Shown here: in pieces, positions 62,423 through 64,000 of the stretch
Numbering within the stretch: the first letter of the stretch is position 1
Layout: the number at the start of each line of letters is the position of its first letter
Program-made: the position numbers and the translations under genes
Assembly: GCA_051251855.1 (NCBI GenBank)
Contig: JBPOGI010000001.1
Span: forward strand, 1,408,001 to 1,472,000
Direction: 5' to 3'
Length of the DNA stretch: 64,000 nt
From: Roseibacillus sp.
GTDB lineage: Bacteria > Verrucomicrobiota > Verrucomicrobiia > Verrucomicrobiales > Akkermansiaceae
The notes under the pieces: generated by a model
What the model saw: the letters and a program-made list of their open reading frames with translations, nothing else
Databases searched by the model: none
Told to the model about the DNA's origin: nothing

Positions 62423-64000
62423 AAACTTCTTCCCTTCCCCGTCGCGACTTTTTCAAGCTGACCTCGCTGGCAGGCGGCGGCTTTCTCCTCGGCCTTCCTG
62501 CCCACGCGGACACCACCCAACCGGGAGCCACATTTTCTCCTTCCGCCTTCATCAAAATCACCAGCCAGGGCGAAATCACTCTCATGGCCCACAAGCCCGA
62601 GATCGGCCAAGGAGTAAAAACCTCTCTTCCCATGATTCTTGCGGAAGAGCTCGAAGTCCCTTGGGAATCCGTCCAAGTCGAGCAAGCGCCCGTGGACCAA
62701 AAGACCTTCGGAGGCCAAGCAGCCGGGGGAAGCACCTCGACTCCCTCCAACTATGATCGTCTCCGCAAATTGGGGGCAGCCGCGCGCTATCTTCTTGTCG
62801 AAGCCGCCGCCCAAACTTGGAATACGGACGCCACCAAATGTATCGCTTCCGGTGCGGTGGTCACCCATCCCGACGGTCGCAGCCTCACATACGCGGAACT
62901 AGCGGAACCCGCTTCGAAGCTCTCACCACCTAAACCAAAGGACATAAAACTCAAGGACCCGGCCGATTTCAAAATCCTAGGACGACGGATTGGCGGAGTG
63001 GATAACGAAGCTATCGTCACTGGCGAGCCCCTCTTTGGCATCGACCAAAAGGTGGAGGGCATGAAATTCGCCAGCTATTTGCGCTGCCCCGTCTTCACCG
63101 GCAAAGTAAAGTCCGCCAACCTCGACGAAGTGAAAGCCCGCCCCGGCGTAAGTGACGCCTTCATCATCGAAGGCACCCAAAACCACTTTGGCCTTCTCCC
63201 CGGCATCGTGGTGCTTGCTAGCTCAACTTGGGAAGCAATGCAGGGCATGAAAGCGCTCAAGGTGGAGTGGGATTCCCCCCAAGTCGCCAACGACGATTCC
63301 GCTCAACTGACAGCTAGTGCAGTCGAAAAAAGCAAGGAGAGCCAAATCGACTTCGAACCTGACTTGGAATCCTTTTACGAATACCCACATGTGGCCCACA
63401 ACACTCTCGAACCCCAAAATTGCACTGCCGTTTTCAAAGACGGCAAGCTGGAAATGTGGGCTCCCACTCAGAATCCAGGCTCGGCGTTCAAGCAAATCCA
63501 ATCCGACCTCAAGCTACGCCAAGAAGATATCACCATCCACATGACTCGCATCGGCGGTGGATTTGGACGACGCCTCTTTGTGGACTTTATGGTGGAATGC
63601 GCCGCCATCGCGATGAAAGTGCCCGGAACTCCCATCAAGCTCACCTGGACCCGCGAACAAGACCTTGCCCACGACCTTTACCGGGCCGCTGGCTGGCATC
63701 GCTTTTCAGGCAAACTCGATGACGAAGGTCAAATCTCTCATTGGCACGATCACTTCGTCACCCTTGGGCTCAACACCGAATCCAAGCCAGGCAATGGAGC
63801 CAACATGCGCGCCACCGAGTTCCCTCACAATTTCGTTCCCGAATTCAAAATTGAACAAACCGTTCTCCCCACCAACATCCCCATGGGCTGGTGGCGCGCA
63901 CCCGGCTCCTGCGCTCTCGCCTTTGCTATCCAGGGCTTCATTGATGAACTCGCGGTCAAATCCGGACAAGATCCCGTCGCCTTCAAGCTGGCCCTCCTTG
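62419..64000 (+). CDS. iorB: Molybdopterin-binding subunit (IorB-like), Tat-exported; runs off the window end
   Basis: ATGA overlap with ior[14 protein letters not shown]at signal, [37 protein letters not shown]. Confidence 0.9.
   Translation, partial: MKTSSLPRRDFFKLTSLAGGGFLLGLPAHADTTQPGATFSPSAFIKITSQGEITLMAHKPEIGQGVKTSLPMILAEELEVPWESVQVEQAPVDQKTFGGQAAGGSTSTPSNYDRLRKLGAAARYLLVEAAAQTWNTDATKCIASGAVVTHPDGRSLTYAELAEPASKLSPPKPKDIKLKDPADFKILGRRIGGVDNEAIVTGEPLFGIDQKVEGMKFASYLRCPVFTGKVKSANLDEVKARPGVSDAFIIEGTQNHFGLLPGIVVLASSTWEAMQGMKALKVEWDSPQVANDDSAQLTASAVEKSKESQIDFEPDLESFYEYPHVAHNTLEPQNCTAVFKDGKLEMWAPTQNPGSAFKQIQSDLKLRQEDITIHMTRIGGGFGRRLFVDFMVECAAIAMKVPGTPIKLTWTREQDLAHDLYRAAGWHRFSGKLDDEGQISHWHDHFVTLGLNTESKPGNGANMRATEFPHNFVPEFKIEQTVLPTNIPMGWWRAPGSCALAFAIQGFIDELAVKSGQDPVAFKLALL

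Overview
Bacterial chromosomal segment, most likely Verrucomicrobiota. This is inferred from the planctomycete-type cytochrome c/DUF1592 genes, sulfatases, ccsA-resB cytochrome c biogenesis genes and secreted proteins with 'TDL..W..FYR' C-termini. It is mostly housekeeping: tig, clpP, glnB, TPP riboswitch-thiC, argS, ppaC-proB-proA, ruvB, plsY-gpsA, trkA, mnmE, hisC, queE, ctaA. Secreted hydrolases are interspersed (2 sulfatases, PhoD, 2 endonuclease I, a metalloprotease, a beta-propeller glycosidase). No CRISPR array, rRNA, intact tRNA or transposase was seen. The strongest novelty candidate is 40212..42365: a GH1 glycosidase with both catalytic motifs intact and an apparently circularly permuted family-3 solute-binding domain inserted in its barrel, possibly a natural ligand-gated enzyme. 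Also notable are an atypical ClpX paralog, a tmRNA/tRNA-Ala 3'-end att scar next to a start-less HTH frame (~61 kb), several REP/MITE-like inverted repeats, a sigma-54 promoter on glnB, candidate WYL and OxyR operators, apparently leaderless starts and strong strand-specific codon skew. All family calls come from motif recognition; no searches were run.
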